Source of the DNA: Neocallimastix sp. 'constans'
Taxonomy: Eukaryota
Direction: 5' to 3'
DNA length: 64,000 nt
Assembly: GCA_050613775.1 (NCBI GenBank)
Contig: JBODTK010000142.1
Location: 62,001-126,000 of the forward strand
The notes under the pieces were generated by a model. That model saw only the letters and a program-made list of their open reading frames with translations. It made no database searches and was not told the DNA's origin. A program made the translations under genes and the position numbers. Within the stretch, counting starts at the first letter, position 1. Each line of letters starts with the position of its first letter. Positions 61,675 to 64,000 of this stretch are shown here, one piece after another.

Positions 61675-64000
61675 ATGTTATATAAGCATTTATCTATTAT
61701 AAGCCTTTTACTGATTACTAAAAAGGTAGTTGGTAATGGCATTACAGGTGTTCAAATTCCGGACAATGTTGCTTGTAATGCTTTAAAGCTTTGTCCTATT
61801 AAATGTAAATAACCCTTCATATTATTAAATATCAATCATAAAATTTTAATACGAATTATATAATATATAAAAATTAATATACTTTCATATTATTTAATAT
61901 AATTTTAATTGCAATTATTTTAAATAAATTATAAATGATAACTAATATTAATTAAATTATAATTTATATTATTAATAAATTATAATAGCTGAATATCAAG
62001 AAATAATAAATAATCCTAATCAATATATTGGTGATACTATCAATTTAAGTGATCCACAATATCATCAATGTTGTAATCAATACAGTAAGTTGAATATTAA
62101 TAATCATAATAATAAAAATTATTAAAATATTTATTAAATATATATTTATAATCATATATTTGTGAAACATAATACAAAAAAAAAAAAAAAAATGAAATTA
62201 AAGATCAATGTGGTGAAACTGATGATTACTGTGGTCCATTTTGTCAAAGTGGTGGATGTGATCCTCTCATTGCTAATGATGATGAAGATGCACCATATGA
62301 AGGTATGGAATGGTTAGTAAAATGTAAGAACCTTGTTATGGATAATAAATGTAGTAATAAATGTCCATGTGAAAGTGGAACTTGTAATTTAGATACAGGT
62401 ATATGTGAAGGAGCAGACGCTGTTATTAGTAATGCTAATGATTGTGATGCTATGCCATATGGAACATGTAGTAAAGATTGTCCATGTAAGAATGGAATGT
62501 GTTGTTCCAGCTATGGTTACTGTGGTGACAATGAAAATTATTGTGGTATTGGTTGTGTTAGTGGACCATGTCTTTATGCACCAAAGCCAGCCAATTGTCC
62601 AAACGATGGTAGTTGTAATGCTGACTGTCCATGTCCAAAAGGTTACTGCTGTTCTAAATACGGATATTGTGGTACTGGAGAACTCTTCTGTGGAGAAGGT
62701 TGCCAAAATGGTAGCTGTAATGGAGGAAGTACTGCTGCTACTACTGTAAGTACAACTACTGTTCCACCAGTTGTAACTAATACATCTGCTATCACAACTA
62801 CTAGTACTGTTGCTGCCCCTTCATTACCAACTCCTAATGATTGTAGTTCTTTAGATATCGGAGTTTGTAATGAAAATTGTCCATGTAAGAATCCTGATCA
62901 ATGTTGTTCAAAGTATGGATACTGTGGAACTGGTTCTCAATACTGTGGTGCTGGTTGTGTTAACGGCCCATGTGGAGATACCGAAAATAACGAACCAGTT
63001 GTTGTACCAGTACCAATAACTACTGTGAGTACTATGAAGCCTACAACTACTTCTATTCAGAATGTTGTCACCACTCCAAATGCTACAATACCTACCACTA
63101 CCACTACCACCTATGTTAAGCCAAGTCAAACTTCTTCTACTCCAGGTGCCAAGGGTAAGGCTGGTGTTATTATGTACCTTACCAATTGGTCTATCTATTC
63201 CAGGTTTACTAATGTAGCTAACTACGATTTCTCTGGTGTTGATGTCATTAATTATGCCTTCTTCAATGTTGATTCAGGAGGTAATGTATTAACTCTTGAT
63301 GAATGGGCTGACTATGGTTGGGGTAATGGTGGTTTAATTCGTATTTTAACCCACGATATCAAGGCTAAATATCCAAACATTAAAGTTGTTGTATCTATTG
63401 GTGGTTGGTCATGTTCTCAATACTTCTCTGATGTTGCAGCTAGTGCTAATGCCAGAAAGAACTTCGCAAGAAATATCTTAAACGTCATTACCACTAACGG
63501 TTTCGATGGTGTTGATCTTGACTGGGAATACCCAGGAGGTGGTGGTCTTGACGGTAACCACGTCAGAGCTGACGATGCAAAGAACTTCCTCCTTATGTTA
63601 AAAGATATTAGAAATGTTATTGGTAATAATTACCTTCTTACCATTGCTAACTCGGCCAATGCTTCAATATACGGAGAATACTTAATTGATATTAGTAAGA
63701 CTGTCGATTGGGTTGGAGTTATGACTTATGATATGGCTGGTGCTTGGAATGCCTATTCTGGTTTTAACTCACCACTTTACATTGATAAGCAAAAGGATAA
63801 GAATGGTCAAACTAGCATTTCTGATGTTGTAGAAGATTATATTAGTAAGGGTGTTGAACCTAGTCAAATTGTTATTGGTGGTGCATTTTATGGTAGATCA
63901 TGGATGGTTACCTCGGATGAAAATAATGGTGCTTACCAGTTATGTCAACAAACTTCATGGGGTGTTCAAGGTGGTGTTTGCAATGCTATTGTTGGTGATG
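61675..64000 (+). CDS. Secreted GH18 chitinase with multiple N-terminal CBM18 (hevein) modules; 3'-partial
   Basis: Signal-like [14 protein letters not shown] and two short introns. It has repeated CCSxYGYCG...C..GC..G.C modules, Thr/Pro linkers and the GH18 motifs [16 protein letters not shown] (from 63502) and MTYD. Confidence 0.95.

Overview
Very AT-rich, intron-rich eukaryotic DNA with the standard code, short GT-AG introns and abundant microsatellites. It looks like an anaerobic gut fungus (Neocallimastigomycota); the taxon is inferred from composition, gene style and a CBM18-rich chitinase. Spliced genes I could reconstruct are ARF1, an Integrator subunit 13/Asunder homologue, ATG4, CK2 beta, ADE16/17 (purH), nicastrin, SEC24, ENP1/bystin, SEC18/NSF, a probable Mediator MED30 and a multi-CBM18 GH18 chitinase that runs off the window end. 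There is also an intronless 1042-aa orphan membrane protein. The accessory DNA holds five 5'-truncated copies of one LINE family (two with clear target-site duplications) and a possible sixth non-LTR remnant. It also holds a palindrome cluster with a TA-flanked MITE-like element and a composite (TTTTA)n/~30-bp satellite at two loci in opposite orientation. The most striking observation is in a decayed copia-type LTR element: its 3' LTR carries a ~200-nt GC-rich, pseudoknotted, ribozyme-like RNA fold (26322-26521). All homology calls come from manual motif recognition, not database searches.
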